Of a stretch of 64,000 bases of DNA, positions 35,023 to 45,961 are shown piece by piece. Source of the DNA: Candidatus Wolfebacteria bacterium GW2011_GWB1_47_1 (lineage in GTDB: Bacteria > Patescibacteriota > Minisyncoccia > UBA6257 > UBA9933); the NCBI GenBank assembly GCA_001029635.1, contig CP011209.1, positions 618,435-682,434 of the forward strand, read 5' to 3'. Position 1 is the first letter of the stretch; each line of letters starts with the position of its first letter. Under the pieces are notes generated by a model. The model saw only the letters and a program-made list of their open reading frames with translations, searched no databases and was not told the DNA's origin. The position numbers and the translations under genes were made by a program.

Positions 35023-36250
35023 GCTCAGGTGTTGTTGGTCCTGTTACCAGGTGACTATGCGTTTCATTTGCCGCAATAAAGAGTAATGATGCGAATGCCG
35101 CAGCTACGAAGCTTAACGAGAAAAATACGTTTGTCGGTAGATAATACGCAATGATCATCAGTATAGGAATAAATATGACCCGTGCCGCATTGTACAATAT
35201 TTCTCTGCTGATGATGAATGCGGTAGCATCGGAAACTGTTTTTGTTATCTTATAATATTGACTTGTCCATGCGACCATTAGTCCCGACGTCACCACATTG
35301 CCTCCAATATGCACGCCGACGAGTATCGGCGGCAGTATAATAAAAGGCCTAATCAGCCATACAACCGCATTGCCGATCGACGTCCAGGTGATCACATTAC
35401 GACGTTTTCCGTAGTCCGCAAGATATCCCACAAGATATGTCACCACGGCTGTCACGATTAGTCCGAGTGAAATGATCGTTCCGAATTCCTTGAAATTTCC
35501 TATTGCTATGAAAATGAACAGTGGCCAGATCGCCCCTCGAACGATCGCTTCGGTCGCGTAGCCAATGCCTGATATGGTAAAGGGAAACAGCTCCGGCTCT
35601 TTGAAGAGCGGAGTAATGGAATGGATGCTTAGATTCTTCGATTTGTTTCTATTCGGAAAAAAGAAGAGCGGGAATACCGAAATAAGCAATATTGCACTTC
35701 CAATAAAGAAGGTGTTTTGAAACCCCGCAGCCGCGATCAATACACCGCCAAAAAACGGCGCCGCGAGCGAAAGGATTGAGGCTAATACCGATCGCATACC
35801 CACCTCCTTCCCCAGCTTTTCCCTATGAGCTACACTTGAAAAATCAATATGGTAGCCGATGTTAAATAGCAGTCCATGTATTGCGCTTGCGATTGGCAAT
35901 GCGAAGAACAATAGCGGAATCGTCTTCATTGTTCCGAGCCCCAAAAAATATAGCACCAGAAACGGAATACTTAAAAACATCATCATCTTATCACTGAGTT
36001 TTTTGATCAGCGGCAAGAGCGAGAATGTGAATACAAGAAACCACGCCGAATGAAGAAAGTAGAACAAAAGAATCTTCCACAGGGGAAATCCAAGATTCCA
36101 AAAATAGATAGGTACGAATACCCCGATCAGCCCTTCAGCGAATGCCAAAATCGCCAGCGTTAAATACAACGTTCCCATTTCGGGATTTCCGAAGAGTGGC
36201 GTGTGATGTTTATCGGTCAGCATGATATATTCATTATATATCATTTTCAT
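35012..36250 (-). CDS. MFS-type transporter (12 TM)
   Basis: hydrophobicity pattern. Confidence 0.6.
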   Translation of the reverse strand: MKMIYNEYIMLTDKHHTPLFGNPEMGTLYLTLAILAFAEGLIGVFVPIYFWNLGFPLWKILLFYFLHSAWFLVFTFSLLPLIKKLSDKMMMFLSIPFLVLYFLGLGTMKTIPLLFFALPIASAIHGLLFNIGYHIDFSSVAHREKLGKEVGMRSVLASILSLAAPFFGGVLIAAAGFQNTFFIGSAILLISVFPLFFFPNRNKSKNLSIHSITPLFKEPELFPFTISGIGYATEAIVRGAIWPLFIFIAIGNFKEFGTIISLGLIVTAVVTYLVGYLADYGKRRNVITWTSIGNAVVWLIRPFIILPPILVGVHIGGNVVTSGLMVAWTSQYYKITKTVSDATAFIISREILYNAARVIFIPILMIIAYYLPTNVFFSLSFVAAAFASLLFIAANETHSHLVTGPTTPEHGN

Positions 36251-36253
36251 GCA

Positions 36254-37327
36254 TCACTCGAGTTTTTCGATCTTTATGCCGATGAGCCGTATTGCTTTTC
36301 GTTTTGGATTTTCTCTCGCATCGAGAAATGGTAAAAGTAGTTTGAGCGTTTCAAATTCGAACTGTGTTCTATCGTTCGTGGCCACGGGCAATGTCTTTAC
36401 CCGTGTCTTTGTCTCAAATCCTTCGAACCGTACCGTAATGCCAACGGTCTTGAATGTAACAAAATCACTTTGTGTGAAGCGTGCATAAACCTGCCCGGAT
36501 AATTTTCTTAGTAGGCCGATAATTGTTTCTCCGACCAGTGTGTCGTGTTGCAACGTTTCCTGCTCGCTTATCGATTTCGCGATCCATTCTTCTATGAGTG
36601 GTGCCTCATCCATTCCCCGCGCTTTTTCATAGAGATAGAGCCCTTGTTTGCCAACAGCCAATTCAAGCTCGAATCGGTCAAGAGCCTGCAGATCGGCGAT
36701 TGTCCCTATGCCGCGCTCAAGCAATTCATCTGCGGTTTTTGGACCAATACCCGGTATTTTGCGCAGCTTATTTTTAAGCATGAATGCCCGCACTTCTTTC
36801 GGAAGTACTACTGTTAGTCCGTCTGGTTTCTGAAAATCCGAAGCGAGTTTTGCCACCAACTTGTTCGGTCCGATGCCAATCGATGCGGTCAGTGCTTCTT
36901 TTTTGCCTATTTCTTTCTTGATTGCCTCTCCGATCTTCTGCGCCTTTGCGAACGATCCTGTCTTACTGAGATCGAAATATGCCTCATCAATACTCGCCTC
37001 TTCTACTACGTTCGCATATGATCGAACGATTTCCATAATTTTTGCCGATGTTTCCTCATATTCATGCATATTGGGTGTAATAAAAACAACACCCGGCTTC
37101 CCGCACTTCCTTGCTTCTTCTGATAGAAACCATGCAGTCGAGATTGGGAGTGCCGAATGGATGCCGTATTCACGTGCCGCATAGTTCGCCGTCGATACCA
37201 CTCCTCGCCCCTTGCCATCCTGGGGATCTGACCCTACGGCGATCGGCAATCCGTTGAGTCGCGGTTTGTTGCGCTCTTCCACTGAAGCAAAGAACGCATC
37301 CATATCAATGTGAGCGATAATCCTCAT
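36254..37327 (-). CDS. dinB: DNA polymerase IV (Y-family)
   Basis: MRIIAHIDMDAFFASVEERNKP... Confidence 0.85.
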   Translation of the reverse strand: MRIIAHIDMDAFFASVEERNKPRLNGLPIAVGSDPQDGKGRGVVSTANYAAREYGIHSALPISTAWFLSEEARKCGKPGVVFITPNMHEYEETSAKIMEIVRSYANVVEEASIDEAYFDLSKTGSFAKAQKIGEAIKKEIGKKEALTASIGIGPNKLVAKLASDFQKPDGLTVVLPKEVRAFMLKNKLRKIPGIGPKTADELLERGIGTIADLQALDRFELELAVGKQGLYLYEKARGMDEAPLIEEWIAKSISEQETLQHDTLVGETIIGLLRKLSGQVYARFTQSDFVTFKTVGITVRFEGFETKTRVKTLPVATNDRTQFEFETLKLLLPFLDARENPKRKAIRLIGIKIEKLE

Positions 37328-37395
37328 GGGTTTAGTTATACCATTTTTGGGTCAATAAAACCGCATCTTTGCATTGCGCGGGTTTATTGTGCATA

Positions 37396-38637
37396 TTATT
37401 CACTGCGAAGCGCCTCCATGGGGCTTTTCCGCGCTGCCTGTTCGGCGGGAAAAATACCAAATATAAAACCGACAATCATCGCAACTACTGCCCCGATCAG
37501 GGCTCCTTCAAAGGGAAAGAAAAATCTGAAATCGATGGCATATATCTCCCCCAAAATGACCGTTAGTAAAACGCCCCCTCCCCATCCAAGCAGGATGCCG
37601 ATCACTGCCCCTGTCATGGTCAGTATGAGCGCTTCAAAAAGAAACTGGCGCAATATGTCTTGATCGGTAGCGCCAACGGCTTTGCGCAATCCTATTTCAT
37701 GCGTCCGTTCCGTAACTGATACGAACATAATATTCATAATGCCGACGCCGCCAACGACCAATGAGATCGCGGCAATCGTTGTAAGAAGAATGGTTAGGAT
37801 ATCGGTGATCGTCGTAAGCATCGCCGCGGCATCTTCCATTGTCATGGTGTAGAAATCATCCTTGGAAATATCCTTAATATCGTGACTCTCGCGCATCGTC
37901 GTTTTGATATCCTTTACCATCGAGTTGATCACGGTTTCCGTTTTTGCCTCAACCATTATATGGCTAATGAAATGTACGCCCATGACATATAGTTGTACGG
38001 TTGTGTAGGGCATTATGAACGAATCGTCGTATGCCGCAGCTGCTCCTGACCCTTTCTTTTTTAAAATACCCACGACTCGATAGTTCTTATCCTTGATCTT
38101 TATGTGCTTTCCGATGGGATCCTCTCCCTCGAACAGTTTTTCTGCAACCTTACTTCCGATAACCACAACGCTGTTCCGTTGCGCTACATCCTCGTCTGTG
38201 AATGTTTCGCCACTGGTAAGCTCGAGTTGAAATAACCGAAAGATGACTCCCTCACCTCCCAATGCCGGCCCGGCAAACAGTTGCGATCCGAATGTTGCCG
38301 TCACGCTGCTTTCCATGTACGGCATAACCACGTTTGCGTCGGGTACGTTTTCTTTTCTCCTCAGTGCTACAATATCCTCTTCTTGAAGTGAATCGTTCAT
38401 AATAGCGCCACTAAATCCTGAAAACCCCTTGGGTTGTTTACCTGGAAGTACAAAAACATTTTTAGGACCAAAACTTTGCACTTCTCGAATGACTAATTCC
38501 TGTGCACTTGCCCCGATTGCCAGAATAAGAATAATCGACGCTATCCCGATTACGATGCCTAAAATAGTCAGGAGCGAACGTGATCGGTGCATGACGACTC
38601 CCTCATATGCAATTTTAATTCTATCTTTGTTTGTCAT
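37396..38637 (-). CDS. ABC transporter permease (MacB/FtsX family)
   Basis: MacB-like periplasmic core plus FtsX C-terminal domain; start at the ATG coupled to the upstream stop (TGAtATG). Confidence 0.75.
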   Translation of the reverse strand: MTNKDRIKIAYEGVVMHRSRSLLTILGIVIGIASIILILAIGASAQELVIREVQSFGPKNVFVLPGKQPKGFSGFSGAIMNDSLQEEDIVALRRKENVPDANVVMPYMESSVTATFGSQLFAGPALGGEGVIFRLFQLELTSGETFTDEDVAQRNSVVVIGSKVAEKLFEGEDPIGKHIKIKDKNYRVVGILKKKGSGAAAAYDDSFIMPYTTVQLYVMGVHFISHIMVEAKTETVINSMVKDIKTTMRESHDIKDISKDDFYTMTMEDAAAMLTTITDILTILLTTIAAISLVVGGVGIMNIMFVSVTERTHEIGLRKAVGATDQDILRQFLFEALILTMTGAVIGILLGWGGGVLLTVILGEIYAIDFRFFFPFEGALIGAVVAMIVGFIFGIFPAEQAARKSPMEALRSE

Positions 38638-38638
38638 A

Positions 38639-39880
38639 TCATTCGTAGCGGAGCGCCTCCATCGGACTTTTTTTTGCCGCTTGCCGTGCGGGAAAAATAC
38701 CAAAGACGAATCCGACAACCGTTGAAACGATCAACCCAGCGATGGAGCCGCCAACCGGAAACGTGAACGAAAAGTCTATACCAAATGCGTATTTTATTAT
38801 GTATGCAAGCAGAATACCAATAGTAGCCCCAATCAAAACCCCAATTACTCCGCCACTGAGAGTCAGAATAATAGCTTCTGATAAAAACTGATCCAAGATG
38901 TCTTTGTTTGTTGCCCCTAGTGCCTTGCGGAGTCCGATCTCCCGCGTGCGCTCCATGACGGATACAAGCATAATGTTCATGATTCCTACTCCACCAACGA
39001 CCAACGAGATCGCGGCAACCGCAGAAAGGAGAATGGTTAGTATGTTTGTGACATTCCCGATGCGCTGTACGATATCATCCTGCGTCATAATAAAGAAGTC
39101 ATCTCTGCTTGGATCGTCAATATTGTGATTGTTGCGCAAGAGCGTCTCGATGTCACGGGAAACGTTTTGTATATTCGCTTCCGTATCTGCTTCCACGACC
39201 ATGCGTTGAAAATATTTAATTCCTAAAATATGTTGCTGTACGACCGTATAGGGTACTACTACGGCTTCGTCAAAATTAACAAAGGATCCCTGACCTTTCT
39301 GCGCAAATACCCCCATTACCCGATAGTTTTTATTTTTGATCTTGATTTTTTTGCCAATAGGTTCTTCCGTTGGGAATAGTTCCTCCGCAACTTTCTTGCC
39401 AATGACTGCGACCTCCTCCTTTTGGCTTACGCTTTCGTCAGGAAAAAAATCACCTTGGGCCATCTTGAGGTCAAATAATCGGATAATATCGGGCGTGCTT
39501 CCCATAACCAGCCCTGCATAGGATTCGTTTTCGAAAATCGATATTATGTTTCCAAATACGATCGGAGTCACTGATGCCGCATTGGGTACGTTTGCTTTTT
39601 TTTGGAGGTCATTAAGGTCTTTTTCGCGAAGTGAATCCGTAAACAGTGTTGAGCCCGCCCCGCCAACGTCCGTCGGAGCCTTCCCAGGGACAACAAATAC
39701 ATTCTTGGGCCCCATATTCTGGATCTCTCCTACAATAAGTTGTTTGCCGCTTTCGCCTAGTGCTATAACGACGATGATCGCCCCGATGCCGATGACAATC
39801 CCGAGAATGGTCAACAAAGAACGCGATCGATGCGTCGCCAATCCCACTGCTGCCATACGTACCGTGTCCCATGTCTGCAT
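38639..39880 (-). CDS. ABC transporter permease (MacB/FtsX family), paralog of the previous
   Basis: same architecture. Confidence 0.8.
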   Translation of the reverse strand: MQTWDTVRMAAVGLATHRSRSLLTILGIVIGIGAIIVVIALGESGKQLIVGEIQNMGPKNVFVVPGKAPTDVGGAGSTLFTDSLREKDLNDLQKKANVPNAASVTPIVFGNIISIFENESYAGLVMGSTPDIIRLFDLKMAQGDFFPDESVSQKEEVAVIGKKVAEELFPTEEPIGKKIKIKNKNYRVMGVFAQKGQGSFVNFDEAVVVPYTVVQQHILGIKYFQRMVVEADTEANIQNVSRDIETLLRNNHNIDDPSRDDFFIMTQDDIVQRIGNVTNILTILLSAVAAISLVVGGVGIMNIMLVSVMERTREIGLRKALGATNKDILDQFLSEAIILTLSGGVIGVLIGATIGILLAYIIKYAFGIDFSFTFPVGGSIAGLIVSTVVGFVFGIFPARQAAKKSPMEALRYE

Positions 39881-39884
39881 GCGG

Positions 39885-40640
39885 TTATTTAATCAGATCA
39901 TCCTTATGCACCCGGTGGCGATGTTCGACCCACTCATCACTTTCAATAAGCCCGTCTTTGATATGTATAATGCGTTCTGCGGCGGCCGCGACATATGATT
40001 CATGCGTCACCATAACAATCGTGTGTCCTTGCTCGTGCAATTCCTGTAGAAATTGCAAAATGACGGCTCCTGATTTTGAGTCCAGGCTGCCGGTTGGTTC
40101 GTCGGCAAAGATGACTTTGGGGCCGTTAACCAATGCGCGCGCTATCGCGACGCGCTGCTTCTGTCCCCCGGAAAGTTTTACCGTTGGAAAATTCTCGCGT
40201 TCGGATAGACCTACCATTTCTACCATCGCGCGGGCGATCCGTGTTCGCTCAGGCTCATACACGTCTGCATAGATAAGTGGAAGCTTTACGTTTTCGATCA
40301 CGGACAGGCGCGGCAATAGGTTGAATGCCTGAAATATAAAACCGATCTTTTTATTTCTTACCCGTGCGAGTTCATCATCGGAATAATGCTCGAGATCCTT
40401 GCCGTCGAGAAGATACTTCCCTCCCGATGGGCGTTCGAGGCATCCAAGTATCTGTAATAGGGTTGATTTTCCGGACCCTGAAGGTCCCATGATGGAAACA
40501 AATTCCCCTTCGTGGATATCGAGAGAAACATCCCGGAGTGCCACCGCTTCCAGATCTTCGATCATATATACCTTGCGAAGGTTCTTCGTGGAGAGTACCA
40601 GTGGACGATTTTTATGCTTCTGTTGATCTATTTGCTCCAT
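39885..40640 (-). CDS. ABC transporter ATP-binding protein (MacB/LolD-like)
   Basis: Walker A GPSGSGKST, signature LSGGQKQR. Confidence 0.9.
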   Translation of the reverse strand: MEQIDQQKHKNRPLVLSTKNLRKVYMIEDLEAVALRDVSLDIHEGEFVSIMGPSGSGKSTLLQILGCLERPSGGKYLLDGKDLEHYSDDELARVRNKKIGFIFQAFNLLPRLSVIENVKLPLIYADVYEPERTRIARAMVEMVGLSERENFPTVKLSGGQKQRVAIARALVNGPKVIFADEPTGSLDSKSGAVILQFLQELHEQGHTIVMVTHESYVAAAAERIIHIKDGLIESDEWVEHRHRVHKDDLIK

Positions 40641-40649
40641 TGTGCCGGT

Positions 40650-42317
40650 TTAGTTGATTATCACTTTGTCTCCTTCTTGGATGCCCGATACGATTTCCGT
40701 CCGGCCGTCTGAGCCTCGTAATCCGGTTACCACCTCCACTTCTTTGACGATACCTTCCTCTTCGCTTACCAATACTGTTACGTATTTCTTGCCTTCTCGA
40801 GAGACAATATTTCTGGTAGGGATGTATAATACACCACTCTTTTCTCCGGATAGTACGTCGATATTTGCCGTAAGCCCCGGCAGGATACGGACATCTTCAT
40901 TGATGAACTCGAACGTTGTCTTATAGGTAGCCACTCCTTCCAATACGGTTGACGATATATCGATTTGAATCAATTTTGTATCAAACAACACGTCCGTACC
41001 ATACGCGTCGAGCGTTACCTGTGCCGTATTGCCCACCTTTACCTTTGCGATGTCTGCTTCTGCAACATATGATTCAATTAAAAATTTACCCGATCCGATG
41101 ATTGAAACCGTTGGTATGTTTGGTAAGATGATATCTCCGAGTGTGGGGACTATCTTCGTTACCGTTCCCGTGAATGGTGCTCGCAATATGGTCTTATCAA
41201 CCTGTGCCTGATAATAGTCTACATTAGCGCGTGCGTTTTCGAGCTGACTCTGTTGATATGCGATGTCCTGGGAAGAAGCCCCTGCGATCTTCAGGGCTAA
41301 TTCGCGTTGTGCTTGATCAAGCGCACTTTGTGCTGCGGTGATACTCGATTGGGCATTCGCAATAGCCGTCTGATTCGCCGATCGCTGTGTCGCGATCGAT
41401 TGGCGTTGTTTGTTCACGCTTGCTAGTGCGGCGACAATGCTGTTGCGCCCGGTTGAAACGGCTGTCTTGTATGTGTTGAGTGTTGTCGCATCAAGACTAT
41501 TTGGACTATTGACCACATCTTGTAGATCACCAAAAAAGACTAGGAAGATATCCAGGTGTATCTTCGCATTGTTCAGTGCGGCATCCAATGCGTCGGTATC
41601 GCCATTTATATTTTTGACCCCGTTCAGCTCTGCCGAAAAATCTGCCAAGTGTTCTGTTGAGAGAGCCCTCCCTGCCTCAGAGTCTATCCTTGCCTGACTA
41701 TTAAATGATGTGAACGATATGGTTGGTCGATCTGTATCATCATTCAAAAAAAGATTGTCTACTTGATTGCGAAGCGCGTCGTCCGACTTGGTATATGTGT
41801 CTGTTAGCGTGTCCGGTACGGAGCTGTAGAGATTTGCCAGATCGATTTCAGCCTTACTCGTTACATTTACCAGATTGCGTTCGACATCCGCCAAGCCATT
41901 CTTCGCATTGGTCACTCGCGTTTCCGAGACGGCAAGATCTTCCTGTCGAGCGCCTATCTCGAGTTGGTCGAGTTTTGCCTCTTGCGAACGAACGTTTGCG
42001 CGCGCCTGCGCGAGCTGTGCCTGGAGATCGGAATTCTCAAGCGTCATTAGCTCTTGTCCTTCTCGTACCGTATTTCCTACCGCAACGCGGATGCGAGCCA
42101 CGCGTCCACCTTTTTCAAACGCGATATCGAGGTTTTGCGTCGGCCTTACTTTGCCGGTAATGCTCACCTCTTCTCGTACCTGTCCGAGCGTAGCCGCTGT
42201 GGTTTCATATGTTTGTGCTGTTGTATTTTTGCGATAGACATATCCGCCAATCACAAGCAGCACAACCACTCCCGTAATAACCCATTTATTTTTTATCAAT
42301 GCCTTTATTTTTTGCAT
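40650..42317 (-). CDS. HlyD/MacA-type membrane-fusion periplasmic adaptor with long coiled-coil
   Basis: N-terminal TM then coiled-coil plus beta-barrel; start at MQKIKALIK. Confidence 0.75.
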   Translation of the reverse strand: MQKIKALIKNKWVITGVVVLLVIGGYVYRKNTTAQTYETTAATLGQVREEVSITGKVRPTQNLDIAFEKGGRVARIRVAVGNTVREGQELMTLENSDLQAQLAQARANVRSQEAKLDQLEIGARQEDLAVSETRVTNAKNGLADVERNLVNVTSKAEIDLANLYSSVPDTLTDTYTKSDDALRNQVDNLFLNDDTDRPTISFTSFNSQARIDSEAGRALSTEHLADFSAELNGVKNINGDTDALDAALNNAKIHLDIFLVFFGDLQDVVNSPNSLDATTLNTYKTAVSTGRNSIVAALASVNKQRQSIATQRSANQTAIANAQSSITAAQSALDQAQRELALKIAGASSQDIAYQQSQLENARANVDYYQAQVDKTILRAPFTGTVTKIVPTLGDIILPNIPTVSIIGSGKFLIESYVAEADIAKVKVGNTAQVTLDAYGTDVLFDTKLIQIDISSTVLEGVATYKTTFEFINEDVRILPGLTANIDVLSGEKSGVLYIPTRNIVSREGKKYVTVLVSEEEGIVKEVEVVTGLRGSDGRTEIVSGIQEGDKVIIN

Positions 42318-42415
42318 AATTAAATTCGTGCGATCGCACGTTACGCGTAAGAACTTTTCTTTAGTATACACTAGAATGGACGGCAAAAAAACAGCCCAAT
42401 TGGGGCTGTTTTTTA

Positions 42416-43222
42416 TTAACGAATTTCGTAGCGAAGGGTGACATTGATATTCACCTCCTGTGATCCTGGCTCGATGGATGGGGCGATCGGTGTCGCCATT
42501 TCCATTGATGAGGTCTTTAGCATATCTCCTCCTCTGCCATATGCATAGTACGGGATCTGCCCTCCACTTTCGTCGATCGAAAGTAATTTTCCAATACCGA
42601 AGTCCCCGCTCTTTGCAATCGCCTTTGCCTTTTCTTGCGCCTGCTTGATTGCTGCTTCCCGTGCTTCTGTTTCAATCTTCACCTTGTCGTCTATCGTGAA
42701 TGAAAGCTGCGAAACGGTATTGGCCCCTTTCTGGGTAAGTGTCCCCATAATATCTCCGATCTTTGCGAAGTCACGTATTTTCACCGTAGCGCTTTGTGTG
42801 ATCGTATACCCAACAATGTCCGGAGGCGGGCATGGGCGCACCTCCATCGTTGTCGGAGTAAGTGATCGTGACGAGCAATCGTAGTACTGATATCGCGGAT
42901 CGATACTAAACTGCTGCGTCTTGATATCTTTTACATCAACTCCCTGTGATTTGATGAATGAGATGATCGCATTCATCTTTTCGGCATTCTGTTCCTGCGA
43001 TTCGGTAATATCTTTACCTCCTTGCGTTACGACGCCAAAGTTAAACTGTGCGATATCCGGGATCGCCGTTACCTTGCCTTCTCCACTGACTGCGAAACTG
43101 CGAAATGATGACGGTTGTATCGATTCCGCGTACGCGCGTGCGTAGATGAACCCTGCGTAGGTGAGTAGTGTGATGGCGATGACTCCAATCGCACTAAGAC
43201 TATTTTTAATCTTTGTATCCAT
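42416..43222 (-). CDS. SIMPL-domain (DUF541) periplasmic protein
   Basis: signal anchor then SIMPL conserved blocks. Confidence 0.6.
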   Translation of the reverse strand: MDTKIKNSLSAIGVIAITLLTYAGFIYARAYAESIQPSSFRSFAVSGEGKVTAIPDIAQFNFGVVTQGGKDITESQEQNAEKMNAIISFIKSQGVDVKDIKTQQFSIDPRYQYYDCSSRSLTPTTMEVRPCPPPDIVGYTITQSATVKIRDFAKIGDIMGTLTQKGANTVSQLSFTIDDKVKIETEAREAAIKQAQEKAKAIAKSGDFGIGKLLSIDESGGQIPYYAYGRGGDMLKTSSMEMATPIAPSIEPGSQEVNINVTLRYEIR

Positions 43223-43236
43223 GATTGTGATGATGA

Positions 43237-43635
43237 TTATAGAAGTCCGAGTACTTCTTTTGATTTTAGTATGACATCCTCCATACTCCAATTCGACTTT
43301 AGGAGATAGAATGCCGGTTCCGCTAATGAAACTTTTTTGAGCATTTCATCATCGGTGTCGAAATTTGTAAGAACGATTACTTTTACCATCTTCCCCCATT
43401 CGTCTTCCCTGACCCTTTTAAGCATTGTCAGGCCGTCCATTTTTGGCATGAGAATGTCAACTAATAGTAGATCAGGATGTTCTTTAAGTGCCAACGCAAG
43501 TCCATCTTCCCCATTTCTTGCGGTCAGTACCTCTATCACTCCCTCACGTTTAAATGAGTCGACGAGCGCATTGAGCATCGATTCTTCATCTTCGACAAAA
43601 AGAATCTTTTTCCGTTGCAATGACTGTGGTTCCAT
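43237..43635 (-). CDS. stand-alone response-regulator receiver (CheY-like)
   Basis: KILFVEDEESM...LLLVDILMPKMDG... Confidence 0.85.
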   Translation of the reverse strand: MEPQSLQRKKILFVEDEESMLNALVDSFKREGVIEVLTARNGEDGLALALKEHPDLLLVDILMPKMDGLTMLKRVREDEWGKMVKVIVLTNFDTDDEMLKKVSLAEPAFYLLKSNWSMEDVILKSKEVLGLL

Positions 43636-43691
43636 ATTGCCTATAGTATATACCTGTTTTCTTTATTCGACCAGGGATTGCTTCTCTGAAA

Positions 43692-45911
43692 TTACACTGC
43701 GAGCGGTCGTGTGCCCTGTTTTGCCTTCATGCCGGTAAGCGGGAGTGATACGTAGAATGTCGTCCCTTTGTTTTCTTCTGATTCGAACCAAACCTTACCA
43801 CTCGAATATTCAATCAATGATTTTATAATATAGAGACCGAGTCCATTGCCATCAGGCTCCTTCGCGCGTGCATTGTCCGCACGGAAAAACTTTGTAAAGA
43901 TTTTCGACTGCTGATCAATTGGAATTCCCAGTCCAGTATCTTTAATCGATATCAGAATGTCCCCATCGTGTTCGTTAAGCGCTATTACGATTACACCACT
44001 TTCTTGGGTGTATTTTACCGCGTTTGTTAGTAGATTTTGAAATACCATCCGTAGTAATTTTGGATCGGCATTAATTTGAGGTAATTGTTCGCCATAATTT
44101 TTTGTTATTTGCAACTTTTTACTGGTTATTTGTGGTGCCAGATCTTTTAACGTTTCATTCATTACCGATGCAAAATCGAGCGGCTGTACATCGACCATGA
44201 AGGTTCCCATGTCAATGCGCGAAACGTTAAGCAGCGCATTTACTAAGTCGATCATGCGTTTGCTTGCGCGCATGATCTCGTCCAGGTATTGTCGTTGCTT
44301 TTCCGATAGTTCCGTATTGGACGTCGTCAGCATCTCTACGTACCAATTGATAATAGTCAGGGGGGTGCGCAATTGGTGTGATGCGATCGAAACGAACTCG
44401 GTTTTTGATTTGTCTATTTCCTTTTGTCGCGTAATGTCCCGTTCGACTCCGACGAATCCGTACAAGTTCTGCTTTTCGTCAAATATCGGTGATATATGCG
44501 ATTCTGCGATATAGAGCTGTCCATTTTTCCGCTTATTAGTTACCTCGCCATGAAAACTTTGCCTATCTTCCTTGATTGTTCTCCACATACGCCGATAAAA
44601 CTCCGCGGGCATCTGCTTGCCCCATAGTGATGGCCGATTTCCTTTCATTTCGTCTATTGAATACCCCGTAATCTCTTCAGCAGCTTTGTTTGCATAAAGG
44701 ATAATTCCCTCCTTATCCGTAATAATAATATGATCAGATGCCCCTTCAACGGCAAGTTTGAATTTTTCAAGATCCTCGGTCACCTCCTGTATTTTTTTTT
44801 CGAGAATCATGTGGGAACCTTCCAAGTTTTTTGCCATTTCGTTAAAAGACGCACCGAGATCCCCTAATTCATCTCTTGAATCCACACTTGTCCGTATGCC
44901 GAACATGCCTCGCCCGAGCTTTAATGCGGAATCTGAGAGCATCCTAAGTGGTTCGATGACTGTTCGCATTAATACATACATGAGAACCAATATAAATGCG
45001 ACGAGAATGATTACCAGCGCGAGCGTATTCGCGCGCATCTGCTCTATTGACGCAAACGCCTGAGCTCGATCTATTTCAGTTACTATTTTCCATCCATTAT
45101 CCAAACATACCATCGCTCCAATTACCAATACGCCATCGCTATTAGTGTACTGCCTCGCTTTGCCGCATTGCGCAACCACATCGCTTGACTCAGGATGTTT
45201 TGTCAGTGCACCACTTCTTTGAAGGCTAAACCCTTTGCCGTCGATGATAAATGTCGTGAGTGTTGAATATTTTGGAGAATCTTGCGTTACTGTTTTATTA
45301 AGCGTTTTCAGTACTCCTGCAATATAGTCTGCTCGAATAAAGTTTATAAGCGTCCCAATGTGCTCCCCGGTCACCTTGTCTATGAGTGGTGCACTAATCG
45401 CAAGTGAAATTTCTTCAGTGTCAAAGTGACGTATTATCTCAAAATCGCTTAGATATGTGGATCCATAATTCAAGTCTTCAGACTGGGTGAGATACACATC
45501 TTCCGATTCATTTTTACCGATTTCTGTTTGTTTTGTGGAGGCAATAACTACAGCTGTTTTATCAAGAATATTAATCCCATAGATCGATGGATCGATCGAC
45601 CGCTTATTCTTTTCCAAATGTTCATTCAGCGCTGTTATTTTTTTTGCATCTCCTGACATAACTATCTCTTTAGTTGTATCGCGAATGAATCCGTCAGATG
45701 AAAAATCAGCTGCGCGTTGGCTCATTTGTTTGATTGCTTCGAGCAGCGTCATTTTGGATGTGTTATTTACGATTGCAAGTATATCGGATGTTTCTCCAAT
45801 GATCCTATTTCTTTGTGTCGTAAAAATCATGTAGTTAGCCCCAATAACCAGCAGTAGTAGTAATGTTAGGCCGCTTAGTATTTTCCACCCTATCGTGTAT
45901 CGTTTTAACAT
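43692..45911 (-). CDS. sensor histidine kinase (TM, Cache-like extracellular domain, HAMP, PAS, HisKA, HATPase_c)
   Basis: H-box SIASHQLRTPL; N/G boxes. Confidence 0.85.
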   Translation of the reverse strand: MLKRYTIGWKILSGLTLLLLLVIGANYMIFTTQRNRIIGETSDILAIVNNTSKMTLLEAIKQMSQRAADFSSDGFIRDTTKEIVMSGDAKKITALNEHLEKNKRSIDPSIYGINILDKTAVVIASTKQTEIGKNESEDVYLTQSEDLNYGSTYLSDFEIIRHFDTEEISLAISAPLIDKVTGEHIGTLINFIRADYIAGVLKTLNKTVTQDSPKYSTLTTFIIDGKGFSLQRSGALTKHPESSDVVAQCGKARQYTNSDGVLVIGAMVCLDNGWKIVTEIDRAQAFASIEQMRANTLALVIILVAFILVLMYVLMRTVIEPLRMLSDSALKLGRGMFGIRTSVDSRDELGDLGASFNEMAKNLEGSHMILEKKIQEVTEDLEKFKLAVEGASDHIIITDKEGIILYANKAAEEITGYSIDEMKGNRPSLWGKQMPAEFYRRMWRTIKEDRQSFHGEVTNKRKNGQLYIAESHISPIFDEKQNLYGFVGVERDITRQKEIDKSKTEFVSIASHQLRTPLTIINWYVEMLTTSNTELSEKQRQYLDEIMRASKRMIDLVNALLNVSRIDMGTFMVDVQPLDFASVMNETLKDLAPQITSKKLQITKNYGEQLPQINADPKLLRMVFQNLLTNAVKYTQESGVIVIALNEHDGDILISIKDTGLGIPIDQQSKIFTKFFRADNARAKEPDGNGLGLYIIKSLIEYSSGKVWFESEENKGTTFYVSLPLTGMKAKQGTRPLAV

Positions 45912-45961
45912 GGGAGCTTTACGTGCATTATGTGTAATCAGTGCGACTTTTGATCGACCTA